DNA from: Longimicrobiales bacterium
GTDB lineage: Bacteria; Gemmatimonadota; Gemmatimonadetes; Longimicrobiales; Gaopeijiaceae
DNA: 64,000 nucleotides
Assembly: GCA_965204735.1 (NCBI GenBank)
Contig: OZ242008.1
Span: forward strand, 1,792,001-1,856,000
Direction of reading: 5' to 3'
The translations under genes and the position numbers were made by a program. The notes beneath the pieces are model-generated. The model saw nothing but the letters and a program-made list of their open reading frames with translations, ran no database searches and was not told where the DNA came from. Of the stretch, positions 9,229-19,053 are shown one piece after another; within the stretch, counting starts at the first letter, position 1, and the number at the start of each line of letters is the position of its first letter.

Positions 9229-10917
9229 ATGAACCCGTACCCCCGAGCCACCGACTACCGCGAGCTGCTCGGGAACGGAAGAGTGTATCGGGTCCCGCTT
9301 TACCAGCGCGACTACTCATGGACTTCGGAGCAGTGGGACGACCTTTGGACGGACATCCTGGAAGTGCGAGCAGGAAGGGAAGGCAGGCACTACCTGGGCA
9401 CACTAGTTGTCGAGTCCACGAACGATCGCGAATTCGCGGTGATCGACGGCCAGCAGCGGCTGGCAACCCTGAGCGTGCTTGCCCTTGCGGTGATCGCCAA
9501 GCTGGAGGACTTGGCGAGAGACGGGATCGATTCCGAGGCGAATTGGGAAAGGAGCAAGGCGCTCCGCAATCGCTTTGTGGGGGAGAAGGACCCAGCATCG
9601 CTCGTGGAGCACAGTCGGTTGACGCTGAACCACACCAACGACGGCTTCTATCAGGACATCCTGGTACAGCTTCGGGAGCCTCACAACCTACACGGCTTGG
9701 CGGCGTCGAATCGACAGCTGTGGGAGGCGTTCGGATACTTTCGGACGCACCTGGACGAGATGGCCGACGTGACGAACGACGGCGAAGCCCTCGCCGGCAT
9801 TCTGTCGGAGAACGTAGGCCGTGGCCTGCTGTTCATCGTCATCACCGTGGACGACGAACTGACCGCGTACACCGTGTTCGAGACGTTGAACGCCCGGGGG
9901 CTTGAGCTTACCACTACGGACTTGCTCAAGAACTTCCTCTTTTCGACGGTGCAGGTCAAGAGCGGCCGCCATGTCCTTGATCAACGCTGGCAGTCTTTGG
10001 TCACGGCCCTGGAGCCGTCTTGTTTTCCGGATTTTCTTCGGTATCACCTTCTGTGCGCTCATTCCGAGGTTCGTGGCCGTCGCTTGTTCAAGATCGTGCG
10101 AAGCGAGATCAGGAGTGCTGACGACGTTTTCAGCTTGTTCGACGCCATAGAGCCACGCGGAGAACTGTTCGCCGCACTTCGCGAACCCGCGCACGAGTAC
10201 TGGACCGACATTCCGGGTGCGAAACGCAGTGTTTCGGAACTGATTCTCTTCGAAGCGCGGTGGGCGACGCCCCTGTTGTTCGCGACGTGGGACCATCTGC
10301 CTCCCAGGGAGTTCGCCAAGTCCTTGAGGGTGGTGAGCACGATCGCCTTCCGATACTCCGTAGTTGGGCGGCTCTGCGGCGCTCGGCTTGAATCGGTCGG
10401 CCATCAGGCAGCGAAGGCCGTGACGGCTGGGGGTGTCCGAAACGCTCGAGGGCTATTCGAGGAACTGGGGTCCGTCTATGTTGAGGATGCACAATTCCGG
10501 CGAAGCTTTGCGGAACTGGCAATCGCTGGTAGTCGAAGGAAGCTGATCAAGTACGTGCTCGCCCGCCTCGAAGGCGACGCTTCGGGACGAGAGTGTGATC
10601 ATGACAACGATCCAGGGGCGGTTGAGTATATTCTGCCGAGAAACCCGTCCGACGACTGGTGCCATGCCTTTCCGGGACGCCAACGGCCCTCGGCCGTGAA
10701 TCGCTTGGGCAATTTGACCCTGGTCGAGGGCGGCATCTACGCACGGATTGGAAACGCGGGCTATCGGGAGAAAGTTGTGGAGTACGGCAAGAGCGCGTAC
10801 GCTTTGACCCACGAGGTATCGGAACTCGCGCCGGAGGACTGGAACTGGTCATCGCTGGAGAAGCGCCAAGTGCTCATGGCTGAACGAGCAACCGACTTGT
10901 GGCGAGTGGAGGTATGA
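9229..10917 (+). CDS. GmrSD-like DUF262-DUF1524 protein (type IV restriction-like); HNH site altered
   Basis: VPLYQRDYSW, IDGQQRLAT, FETLNARG (DUF262); AVEYILP...NRLGNLTLV (DUF1524). Alternative start at 9193. Confidence 0.88.
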   Translation: MNPYPRATDYRELLGNGRVYRVPLYQRDYSWTSEQWDDLWTDILEVRAGREGRHYLGTLVVESTNDREFAVIDGQQRLATLSVLALAVIAKLEDLARDGIDSEANWERSKALRNRFVGEKDPASLVEHSRLTLNHTNDGFYQDILVQLREPHNLHGLAASNRQLWEAFGYFRTHLDEMADVTNDGEALAGILSENVGRGLLFIVITVDDELTAYTVFETLNARGLELTTTDLLKNFLFSTVQVKSGRHVLDQRWQSLVTALEPSCFPDFLRYHLLCAHSEVRGRRLFKIVRSEIRSADDVFSLFDAIEPRGELFAALREPAHEYWTDIPGAKRSVSELILFEARWATPLLFATWDHLPPREFAKSLRVVSTIAFRYSVVGRLCGARLESVGHQAAKAVTAGGVRNARGLFEELGSVYVEDAQFRRSFAELAIAGSRRKLIKYVLARLEGDASGRECDHDNDPGAVEYILPRNPSDDWCHAFPGRQRPSAVNRLGNLTLVEGGIYARIGNAGYREKVVEYGKSAYALTHEVSELAPEDWNWSSLEKRQVLMAERATDLWRVEV

Positions 10918-13814
10918 CAGCCATGGAGCGCAAGAAGCTGATCGAGGTCGCGCTTCCGCTGGACGCGATCAACGCGGCGTCGGCGCGTGAGAAGTTGATC
11001 CGTCATGGGCATCCGAGTACGCTGCACCTTTGGTGGGCGCGACGACCGCTAGCGGCGGCCCGGGCCGTCATCTTCGCACAGATGGTGGACGATCCGTCGG
11101 AGTGGCCTGAGCTGTTTCCGACGGAGGCTGAACAGGATGCGGAACGTGAGCGGCTATTCAAGCTGATCGAAGAGCTGGTCAAGTGGGAGAACACCACGAA
11201 CGAGGATGTGCTGGGGCGGGCGCGTCGGAAGATACGGGATAGCTGGCGGCGGACCTGCGAGAGCCATGCAGATGCCCGGTCCGCGACGGAGCTGTTCGAC
11301 CCAACCCGCCTGCCGGCGTTCCATGATCCGTTCGCGGGCGGCGGAGCGTTGCCGTTGGAGGCGCAACGACTCGGTTTCGAGGCCCATGCGAGTGACCTGA
11401 ATCCGGTCGCCGTCCTGATCAACAAGGCGATGATCGAGATTCCGCCGAAGTTCGCGGGCCGTCCGCCCGTAAACCCGGAATGGCGCAACAAGCCGGACGA
11501 AGAGAAGGCTCTCTCGACATGGAGCGGTGCGCAGGGCTTGGCGGAGGACGTGCGCTACTACGGCAACTGGATGCGGGACGAGGCCCAGGAGCAGATCGGC
11601 GACCTGTATCCGACGGCGTGCATTTCCAAGGAGATGTGCCGCGGGCGCCCGGACCTAAAGAAGTACGAGGGTCGGGAACTGACGGTAATCGCGTGGCTGT
11701 GGGCGCGGACGGTTCGAAGCCCGAACCCGGCTTTCGCGAATATAGAGGTACCGCTGGTGTCGTCGTTCTGGCTGTCGAGGAAGAAGGGGAAGGAGGCGTG
11801 GTTACGGCCGGTGGTGGATGGTCGGAAGTGGCGGTTCGAGGTTCGGAAGGGGGTGTCGGGGGACCCGGAGGCGGTGGGGAGAGGGACGAAACTATCGAGG
11901 GGGTCCAACTTCCGGTGCTTGGTGTCCGGTACGCCGATTGGGCCGGAGTGGATCAGAGCGGAGGGACAGGCAGGCCGTATGGGCGCGCAACTAACGGCCG
12001 TAGTTGCCGAGGGAGATCGGGAGCGGGTGTATCTGAACCCGAAGTTGAGGCATGAGACAGCCGCGGCGACAGCCACCCCGGATTGGGGGCCGGAGGGCGA
12101 TGTCCCCAAACGACTCACCGGTGGTACCTGCTACGGTTATGGCCTCACCGAGTGGCGGGATCTCTTCACGTCTCGCCAGTTGGTGGCCCTGACGACATTC
12201 GCGGACTTGGTGGCGAAAGCGCGGAACCGGGCCGAGCGTGACGCAAAGGCGGCCGGGATGCGCGACGACGGCAAAGCACTGCGACACGGTGGAAGGGGAG
12301 CCATGGGCTACGGAGAGGCGGTGGCTCTGTACCTTGGCTTGACTGTCGGACGCCTAGCCAATCGGGGTTGCACGTTGTCGTTCTGGAACATTACGGGTCA
12401 AAAAATTGAACAAGTTTTTGCCCGTCAGGCTTTGCCAATGGTCTGGGATTTCTGCGAGTCCAATCCCTTCAGCAGTTCGAGCGGCAACTGGCTGGGCCAG
12501 CTCGTTTGGCCGGCCAAAGTCGTACAGCAGTTGCCGACTGCCAAGCCAGGCGTCGTGTGCCAGGAGGACGCGCAACAGCAGCGACTTTCGATCGGAAAGG
12601 TCGTATCCACCGACCCGCCGTACTACGACAATATTGGCTACGCCGACCTTTCAGATTTTTTCTACGTGTGGTTGCGCCGGTCGCTGGCAAGCCAGTTCCC
12701 TGATCTGTTCCTATCCATCACGGTGCCCAAGGCCGAGGAGTTGGTGGCAACGCCCTATCGTCACGGTGGCAAGACCGAAGCTGAACGGTTTTTCCTGGCT
12801 GGCATGGTTCAGGCGATGCGACGGTTGGCCCTCGATTCGCATCCTGCCTGTCCCGTCACTATCTACTACGCGTTCAAACAGTCCGAGAGCAGGGGAGCAG
12901 ACGGCCGTGCGAGCACCGGGTGGGAGACCTTCCTCCAGGCCGTGGCCGATGTGGGCTTCGCGATCACCGGCACATGGCCCGTCCGAACTGAGCTCACTGG
13001 CAGCCTCAAGAAGACAATCGCCGCCCTCGCTTCCTCGATCGTCCTCGTCTGCCGCAAACGCTCTACTGGTAGTGGAGCCAGGGAGATCACTCGTCGTGAG
13101 TTCCAGGACGCTCTCGCCAGTGAATTACCTGAGGCCCTGCGCAAGCTACGGACCACCAACATTGCCCCGGTTGACTTGGCCCAGGCGGCGATCGGGCCCG
13201 GAATGGCGATCTTCACACGCCACGCGGCCGTCCTCCTCCCAGACGGTAAGCCGGTCAAGGTTCGTGAGGCGCTCCGGCTGATCAACCAAGCCCTGGACGA
13301 GGCCCTCGAAGGCGATTTCGACGGCGACACGCGCTGGGCCGTTGCTTGGTTTGCGTCCCACGGATTCGAGGCCGGCGAATTCGGAGTCGCCGATGTGCTG
13401 GCCAGGGCGAAGAACATCAGCATCGACGGTTTGGTGGAAGCCGGTGTCCTGGAGTCGACGGGCGGGCAGGTTCGCCTGCTTCGGCCTTCGGAGCTGATGG
13501 AGGACTGGAAACCCGGCGAGAATGGACAGCCAACGACTTGGGAGAAGACGCATCATCTTCTGAAGGTGTATGCGGAATCCGGTGAGATCGGTGCCGCGAA
13601 GCTGCTGGACAGGCTTGGTCTAATCGACGATGCGGTCCGCGATCTGGCGTACAGCAACTACCTGATCTGTGAGCGCAAGAAGTGGAGCACCGCGGCATTC
13701 GGATACAACGCCCTGGTGCAGAGTTGGCCCGAGATCGCGCGACAAGCGAGGATGAAGCCCTGGTTAGTGGAATCGGCGCAGATCGAGATGGGGGAAGACT
13801 CCGATGCTGACTAG
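10914..13814 (+). CDS. DUF1156-containing adenine-specific DNA methyltransferase
   Basis: KKLIEVALPL..IN..SAREK.IRHGHPSTLHLWWARRPLAAARA, HDPFAGGGALPLEA, STDPPYYDNI. ATGA overlap with the previous gene. Confidence 0.93.
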   Translation: MTAMERKKLIEVALPLDAINAASAREKLIRHGHPSTLHLWWARRPLAAARAVIFAQMVDDPSEWPELFPTEAEQDAERERLFKLIEELVKWENTTNEDVLGRARRKIRDSWRRTCESHADARSATELFDPTRLPAFHDPFAGGGALPLEAQRLGFEAHASDLNPVAVLINKAMIEIPPKFAGRPPVNPEWRNKPDEEKALSTWSGAQGLAEDVRYYGNWMRDEAQEQIGDLYPTACISKEMCRGRPDLKKYEGRELTVIAWLWARTVRSPNPAFANIEVPLVSSFWLSRKKGKEAWLRPVVDGRKWRFEVRKGVSGDPEAVGRGTKLSRGSNFRCLVSGTPIGPEWIRAEGQAGRMGAQLTAVVAEGDRERVYLNPKLRHETAAATATPDWGPEGDVPKRLTGGTCYGYGLTEWRDLFTSRQLVALTTFADLVAKARNRAERDAKAAGMRDDGKALRHGGRGAMGYGEAVALYLGLTVGRLANRGCTLSFWNITGQKIEQVFARQALPMVWDFCESNPFSSSSGNWLGQLVWPAKVVQQLPTAKPGVVCQEDAQQQRLSIGKVVSTDPPYYDNIGYADLSDFFYVWLRRSLASQFPDLFLSITVPKAEELVATPYRHGGKTEAERFFLAGMVQAMRRLALDSHPACPVTIYYAFKQSESRGADGRASTGWETFLQAVADVGFAITGTWPVRTELTGSLKKTIAALASSIVLVCRKRSTGSGAREITRREFQDALASELPEALRKLRTTNIAPVDLAQAAIGPGMAIFTRHAAVLLPDGKPVKVREALRLINQALDEALEGDFDGDTRWAVAWFASHGFEAGEFGVADVLARAKNISIDGLVEAGVLESTGGQVRLLRPSELMEDWKPGENGQPTTWEKTHHLLKVYAESGEIGAAKLLDRLGLIDDAVRDLAYSNYLICERKKWSTAAFGYNALVQSWPEIARQARMKPWLVESAQIEMGEDSDAD

Positions 13815-15183
13815 AATTCGCCTGAAGAACTTCAAGTCGTGGGCCGACACCGGCGACGTGGCATTGCGTCCCATCACCGGCTTCTTTGGGGCCAACAGCT
13901 CGGGCAAGAGCAGCCTGCTCCACGCGATCCTGCTGCTGAAGCAGACGTCCGACTCGCAGGACCGGGGCCTGGTTTTTCACTTCGGCGACAAGTCGACTCC
14001 GGTTGACCTTGGCGACTTTGCGAGCGTACTTCATGGTCACGAGGCAGGCAGTGAGCTCCAGATGTTACTCGATTGGCAGCTCGGGTCACCGATGGTGATC
14101 AAGGACACTAAAAATGAGGATCGCATCGTAGCTAGCAGTAGCGCGTTGGGGTTCTCGGTCTCGACGGCCGCGGCAACAGCAAAAGGACCAGGGCGTCCAG
14201 TGGTACGAGAGATGACTTACAAAGTCGGCGATGCACGGTTTGGGATGGGCAGGAAGCTCTCAAGGACGACCGCATACGAGCTGCGTTCGACCACGCCCGA
14301 CCGCCCCGAGTTTGTATTTGTACGTAGCGTAGGACGGCCACGGACCCTGCCAGGGCCGGAAAAATGCTATGGCTTTCCCGACCTGGTTCGTGCCGATTAC
14401 CAGAATGCGGGGTTCTTGGCGGACTTGGCCCTTGCACTTGAGCAACGCCTGGATCGGGTGGCGCATCTTGGTCCCCTGCGCGCCCATCCCGAGCGTAGAT
14501 ACGCGTGGACCGGGGCGCAACCTGCGGACATGGGACGAGCGGGTGAAGCTGTGGTCGATGCGATTCTTGCGGCCAGGGAAAGGGATCACAAGATCTCGCC
14601 AGGGTACAGAAAGAGGCGACTCACCGTGGAGCAGTACGTCGCCAAGTGGTTGAAGGAACTACGACTCATTCACGACTTTTGCGTCGTATCCGTTGGAGAT
14701 AGCGGTCAACTGTATGAAGTGAGGGTCAGGCGTACGCGCAGGTCGGCGGATGTGCTCTTGACGGACGTTGGATTCGGCGTGTCCCAGATCTTGCCCGTTC
14801 TAGTCCTCTGTCTATTTGTTCCCGAGGGATCGACAGTGCTTCTCGAACAGCCCGAGATTCACTTGCATCCGTCGGTGCAGTCGGGTCTCGCGGACATCAT
14901 GATCGACGCATGGAAGAATCGGAAGGTGCAGGTGATCGTCGAGAGTCACAGCGAACACCTTCTCCGTCGCCTTCAGCGCAGGATTGCGGACGAGACGATA
15001 GCGACGGGCGATGTGGGGCTCTATTTTTGCGACTTGGGCCGCAGGCAGTCGGAGCTCAGAAGGCTTGACCTGGACGTATTCGGCAACGTCACGAACTGGC
15101 CGCCGGGCTTCTTCGGCGACGAATTCGGGGAAATCGCGGCGATGACCCGGGCGGCCGAACGACGAAAGGAGAAGGGAAGATGA
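13804..15183 (+). CDS. ABC/AAA_15-type ATPase with DUF3696-like C-terminus
   Basis: IRLKNFKS, GANSSGKSS, LTDVGFGVSQILPV, LLEQPEIHLHP, IVESHSEH, NWPPGFF. Confidence 0.9.
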   Translation: MLTRIRLKNFKSWADTGDVALRPITGFFGANSSGKSSLLHAILLLKQTSDSQDRGLVFHFGDKSTPVDLGDFASVLHGHEAGSELQMLLDWQLGSPMVIKDTKNEDRIVASSSALGFSVSTAAATAKGPGRPVVREMTYKVGDARFGMGRKLSRTTAYELRSTTPDRPEFVFVRSVGRPRTLPGPEKCYGFPDLVRADYQNAGFLADLALALEQRLDRVAHLGPLRAHPERRYAWTGAQPADMGRAGEAVVDAILAARERDHKISPGYRKRRLTVEQYVAKWLKELRLIHDFCVVSVGDSGQLYEVRVRRTRRSADVLLTDVGFGVSQILPVLVLCLFVPEGSTVLLEQPEIHLHPSVQSGLADIMIDAWKNRKVQVIVESHSEHLLRRLQRRIADETIATGDVGLYFCDLGRRQSELRRLDLDVFGNVTNWPPGFFGDEFGEIAAMTRAAERRKEKGR

Positions 15184-15665
15184 GGCGGCTCTCCGTGGTG
15201 CTGGACACGAACGTAGCGCATGTCGCCAACGGGCGGACGCCTCAGGCCAGCCCGAGTTGCGTGACAGCGTGCATTGACCGAATGGATCGGATCGTTCAGG
15301 GAAAGGAGCGGCTGGTTCTGGACGATCAAGACCGCATTCTCAAGGAATACCCGACGCCCACCGGGCAGCTGGGAGCCGGTCACGCCTTCGTCAAGTGGGT
15401 CTGGACCAACCGCTACAACTCGGCGCTCTGCGAACTCGTCGCGATCCATGCTCACGAGGCCCGCGGCTTTGTTGAGTTCCCTGAGGACGACAGCTTAGCC
15501 ACGTTCGACTCAGACGACCGCAAGTTCGTCGCCGTCGCCCTTGCCAGCGGGGGCTCGCCGCCGATCGTCAACGCCACAGACACAGGGTGGCGCGACCATC
15601 AGGAAGTGCTGGCCCGACACGGCGTCCACATCGACTTCATCTGCCCCGAACTCATGGAGAAGTAG
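15180..15665 (+). CDS. PIN-fold protein, partner of the upstream ATPase
   Basis: VVLDTNV...ILKEY...FDSDDRKFVAVA...IVNATDTGW. ATGA coupling to the ATPase. Confidence 0.8.
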   Translation: MRRLSVVLDTNVAHVANGRTPQASPSCVTACIDRMDRIVQGKERLVLDDQDRILKEYPTPTGQLGAGHAFVKWVWTNRYNSALCELVAIHAHEARGFVEFPEDDSLATFDSDDRKFVAVALASGGSPPIVNATDTGWRDHQEVLARHGVHIDFICPELMEK

Positions 15666-15668
15666 GTC

Positions 15669-18600
15669 ATGGCGCTGACGCATCACGAGCGGGTAGGAAA
15701 GGCGATGGAGCTCCTGCGCCAAGGACTGGGTCCGTTCGTGGAGCGCGAGGTTCGAGAGCGGGTGGCGAAGGGCATCGTGCAGATGCGCGAGATCCGTCGT
15801 CGCCTGAGCGATCCCAAGGCCGTCGAAAAGCCCGTCGCGGAGTGGGACGCGGCCGCGCAGCTCAAGGTGATGTGGGATTTCTGGCACGAGGTCTTCCGCT
15901 TCACGCTGGGCAGGTCCGAGCGCTCGCTGGTCCAGGAGCTTCGGGAGTGGCGCAACAAGTGGGCCCACCAGGAGCGGTTCTCCAGCGACGACGCCTATCG
16001 GGCGATCGATTCGGTCGAGCGCCTGCTGGCTGCGGTCTCGGCGCCCCAAACAGACCAGGTCCGGGAAATGAAGGCCGATCTGCTGCGGCAGACGCTGGAC
16101 CAGCAGATGCGCAACCGGGAGCGCAGGAGCGCGTCCTCGCCCGCCGCCGGCGCGTCCTCGTCGCTGACGGCTTGGCGGGAAGTGGTCAACCCCCACGACG
16201 ACGTGAGCAGCGGCAAGTACCAGCACGCCGAGTTCGCCGCCGACCTGTGGCAGGTCCACCGGGGAGGTGGGAGCCCGGAGTACCGCGACCCCGAGTCGTT
16301 CTTCCGGCGCACCTACCTGACCAGCAACCTGCGCAAGCTGCTGGTGGGGGCCGTCCAGCGCGCGTCCGGCAAGGGCGGCGATCCGGTCGTGCAGCTGCAG
16401 ACCAACTTCGGCGGCGGCAAGACCCACGCCATGCTCGCCCTGTACCACCTGCTGTCGGGCGAAGCGCCGCTGGAGCTGGACGAGGTGGGCGAGCTGCTGG
16501 AGGAAGCGGGCGTGGAGGCGCCGCCCCGGGCGAAGCGCGTGGTGCTGGTGGGGAACCGGATGTCGCCCGGCAACCCGGACACGAAGCCCGACGGCACCGA
16601 AGTGCGCACGCTCTGGGGCGAACTGGCGTGGCAGTTGGGGGGACGCGACGCCTTCGAGAAGGTGCGCCCGGACGACGAGAAGGCCACGAGCCCCGGCGAC
16701 CGGCTGCGCGCGCTCCTGGAAGAGCACGGGCCGGTGCTGATCCTGATCGACGAATGGGTCGCCTACGCCCGCCAGCTCCACGAGCAGAGCGACCTGCCGG
16801 GCGGCAGCTTCGAGACGCAGTTCACCTTCGCGCAGGCGCTCACGGAGTCGGCGAAGGTCGTGGACGACTGCCTGCTGGTGGTGTCGCTCCCGGCGTCGGC
16901 CTCCGGCGGCACGGACAGCGGCGGCTCCCAGGCCGACGACGCCGAAGTGGGCGGCGTCCGGGGGCGCGAGGCGCTGGACCGGCTGGGCAACGTGGTGGGC
17001 CGCGTCGCGACGGCTTGGCAGCCCGCGACATCCGAGGAAGGGTTCGAGATCGTGCGCCGGCGACTCTTCGAGCCCCTGGACGGCAAGGCCCGCGAGGCAA
17101 GGGACCTGACGGCCCGGCGGTTCGGCGCGGTCTACCGTCGCCACAAGGCCGACTTCCCTTCGGAGTGCCGCGACGCCGACTACGAGAAGCGCATCCGCGC
17201 CGCGTACCCCATCCACCCGGAGATATTCGACCGTCTCTACACCGACTGGTCGTCGCTGGCCAAGTTCCAGCGGACCCGGGGCGTCCTGCGCCTCATGGCG
17301 TCGGTCATCCACAGCCTTTGGGAGAGAGGCGACCGAAGCCCCTTGATCATGCCGTCCACGGTTCCGGTGGACGACGCCCGCGTGCTGCCCGAGCTGACGC
17401 GCTACCTGGCCGACAACTGGACGCCGATCATCGACGCCGACGTGGACGGCCGCACTTCGCTGCCGCACAAGCTGGACGCCGAGTTCTCCAACCTGGGCAA
17501 GCACTGGGCCGCCCGTCGCGTGGCGCGCACCGTCTACCTGGGGTCCGCGCCCTTGACCGCCGCGGCCAACCGGGGCGTCGACGACCGCAAGGTGAACCTG
17601 GGCTGCGTCATGCCCGGAGAGCCCGTCTCCGTCTTCGGCGACGCCCTTCGGCGCCTGGCTTCGCGGGCCACGTACCTGTACCAGGACCGCAGCCGCTACT
17701 GGTACGACACCCAGCCCACGGTAGCCAAGCTGGCGCAGCAGCGAGCGGCCGAACTGGTCGGCGATCCTCACCTGGCCGGCGAGGAGTTGGCGCGCCGTCT
17801 GCAAGAGGAGTTCGGCAAGGCCCCCGGCCGGTCGAAGCATCCGCGCGTGCACCTGCTTCCCCGCTCGGCGGCCGACGTGCCCGACCACAGGGACGCCCGG
17901 CTGGTCGTGCTGCCCCCCGACCGCCCCTACGCCAAGGAAGCGGGGAGCGAGGCACAGGCCGCCGCCGGCGCCCTCTTGGAAAGCCGGGGGAGCGGACCGC
18001 GCATCTACCGCAACACGCTGGTCTTCCTGGCCGCGGACCGGGTGCGGATGCAGGACATGGACCAGGCGGTGCGGGAGTACTTGGCTTGGCAGTCGATCTT
18101 GGATGAAAAGGAGTCGCTCAACCTCGACCCCCACCAAGCCCGGCAGGCCGAGAGCAGCCTGAAGTCCGCCGCCGATGGCGTGGAGGCGCGACTGCCGGAA
18201 GTGTACAAGTGGCTCCTGGTGCCCGAGCAGGAAGACGCGGCATCCGAAATTGCTTGGCGAGCCACCGAGATGAGGCACCGGGACGGCGTGGCCAGCCGGG
18301 CGTTCAGGCGAATCGCCGACGAGGACTACGTGATCCCGCGCCTGGGCGCCACCATCCTGCGGATGCACATGGACAAGGTGCCGCTCTGGCGCGGAGACCA
18401 CGTCCCGCTGCGCCAGCTGATCGACGACTTCGCCACCTACGTCTACCTGCCCCGGCTGGCGGGACCCGAAGTCGTCGCCGACGCGGTCGCGAAGGGCGTG
18501 GGCACGCTGCTTTGGCGCGACGAAAGCTTCGCCTACGCCGAGAGTTGGGACGAGAACGCCCGGCGCTACCTGGGCCTGACCGTCAGCCCGACGGAGGTGA

Positions 18601-19034
18601 CCGCCGAAGACCGGGGCCTAGTGGTGAAGCCGGAGGCCGCAGTTGCCCAGCTGGAGGCGGAGAAGCCCGAGCAGCCCACGGAAGCCGGGCAGCCCGGCGA
18701 AGGTCGGCGCCCAGACACCGACGACGGTACCGCCGCTCCCGACGAAGGCGCCCAAGACGACCCGCCGCGCCGTCCTCAGCCGCGCCGCTTTCACGGCTCC
18801 GTCGTGCTGAACGCAGACCGCGCAGGCCGGGACGCCGGCCGCGTGGCCGAGGAAGTGATCGCCCACCTCGCCGGGCTGATCGGCTCGGACGTGCGGGTCA
18901 CCTTGGAGATCGAGGCGAGCTTCACGGAACAGAGACCGGACGGCACCGGCGGGGTGCCGGATCACATAGTGCGGGCCGTCACCGAGAACTGCCGCGTGCT
19001 CAAGTTCGACAGCCACGGCTTCGAGACCGAGTAG
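15669..19034 (+). CDS. Swt1-like HEPN domain plus DUF499 AAA+ ATPase
   Basis: N-terminal RNKWAH (Rx4H), PHDDV...EFAADL, LQTNFGGGKTH, ILIDEWVAY, AYPIHPE, FQRTRGVLRLMA, C-terminal VTENCRVLKF..GFE. Confidence 0.93.
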   Translation: MALTHHERVGKAMELLRQGLGPFVEREVRERVAKGIVQMREIRRRLSDPKAVEKPVAEWDAAAQLKVMWDFWHEVFRFTLGRSERSLVQELREWRNKWAHQERFSSDDAYRAIDSVERLLAAVSAPQTDQVREMKADLLRQTLDQQMRNRERRSASSPAAGASSSLTAWREVVNPHDDVSSGKYQHAEFAADLWQVHRGGGSPEYRDPESFFRRTYLTSNLRKLLVGAVQRASGKGGDPVVQLQTNFGGGKTHAMLALYHLLSGEAPLELDEVGELLEEAGVEAPPRAKRVVLVGNRMSPGNPDTKPDGTEVRTLWGELAWQLGGRDAFEKVRPDDEKATSPGDRLRALLEEHGPVLILIDEWVAYARQLHEQSDLPGGSFETQFTFAQALTESAKVVDDCLLVVSLPASASGGTDSGGSQADDAEVGGVRGREALDRLGNVVGRVATAWQPATSEEGFEIVRRRLFEPLDGKAREARDLTARRFGAVYRRHKADFPSECRDADYEKRIRAAYPIHPEIFDRLYTDWSSLAKFQRTRGVLRLMASVIHSLWERGDRSPLIMPSTVPVDDARVLPELTRYLADNWTPIIDADVDGRTSLPHKLDAEFSNLGKHWAARRVARTVYLGSAPLTAAANRGVDDRKVNLGCVMPGEPVSVFGDALRRLASRATYLYQDRSRYWYDTQPTVAKLAQQRAAELVGDPHLAGEELARRLQEEFGKAPGRSKHPRVHLLPRSAADVPDHRDARLVVLPPDRPYAKEAGSEAQAAAGALLESRGSGPRIYRNTLVFLAADRVRMQDMDQAVREYLAWQSILDEKESLNLDPHQARQAESSLKSAADGVEARLPEVYKWLLVPEQEDAASEIAWRATEMRHRDGVASRAFRRIADEDYVIPRLGATILRMHMDKVPLWRGDHVPLRQLIDDFATYVYLPRLAGPEVVADAVAKGVGTLLWRDESFAYAESWDENARRYLGLTVSPTEVTAEDRGLVVKPEAAVAQLEAEKPEQPTEAGQPGEGRRPDTDDGTAAPDEGAQDDPPRRPQPRRFHGSVVLNADRAGRDAGRVAEEVIAHLAGLIGSDVRVTLEIEASFTEQRPDGTGGVPDHIVRAVTENCRVLKFDSHGFETE

Positions 19035-19053
19035 ACCGACAGGGGAGAAGACG

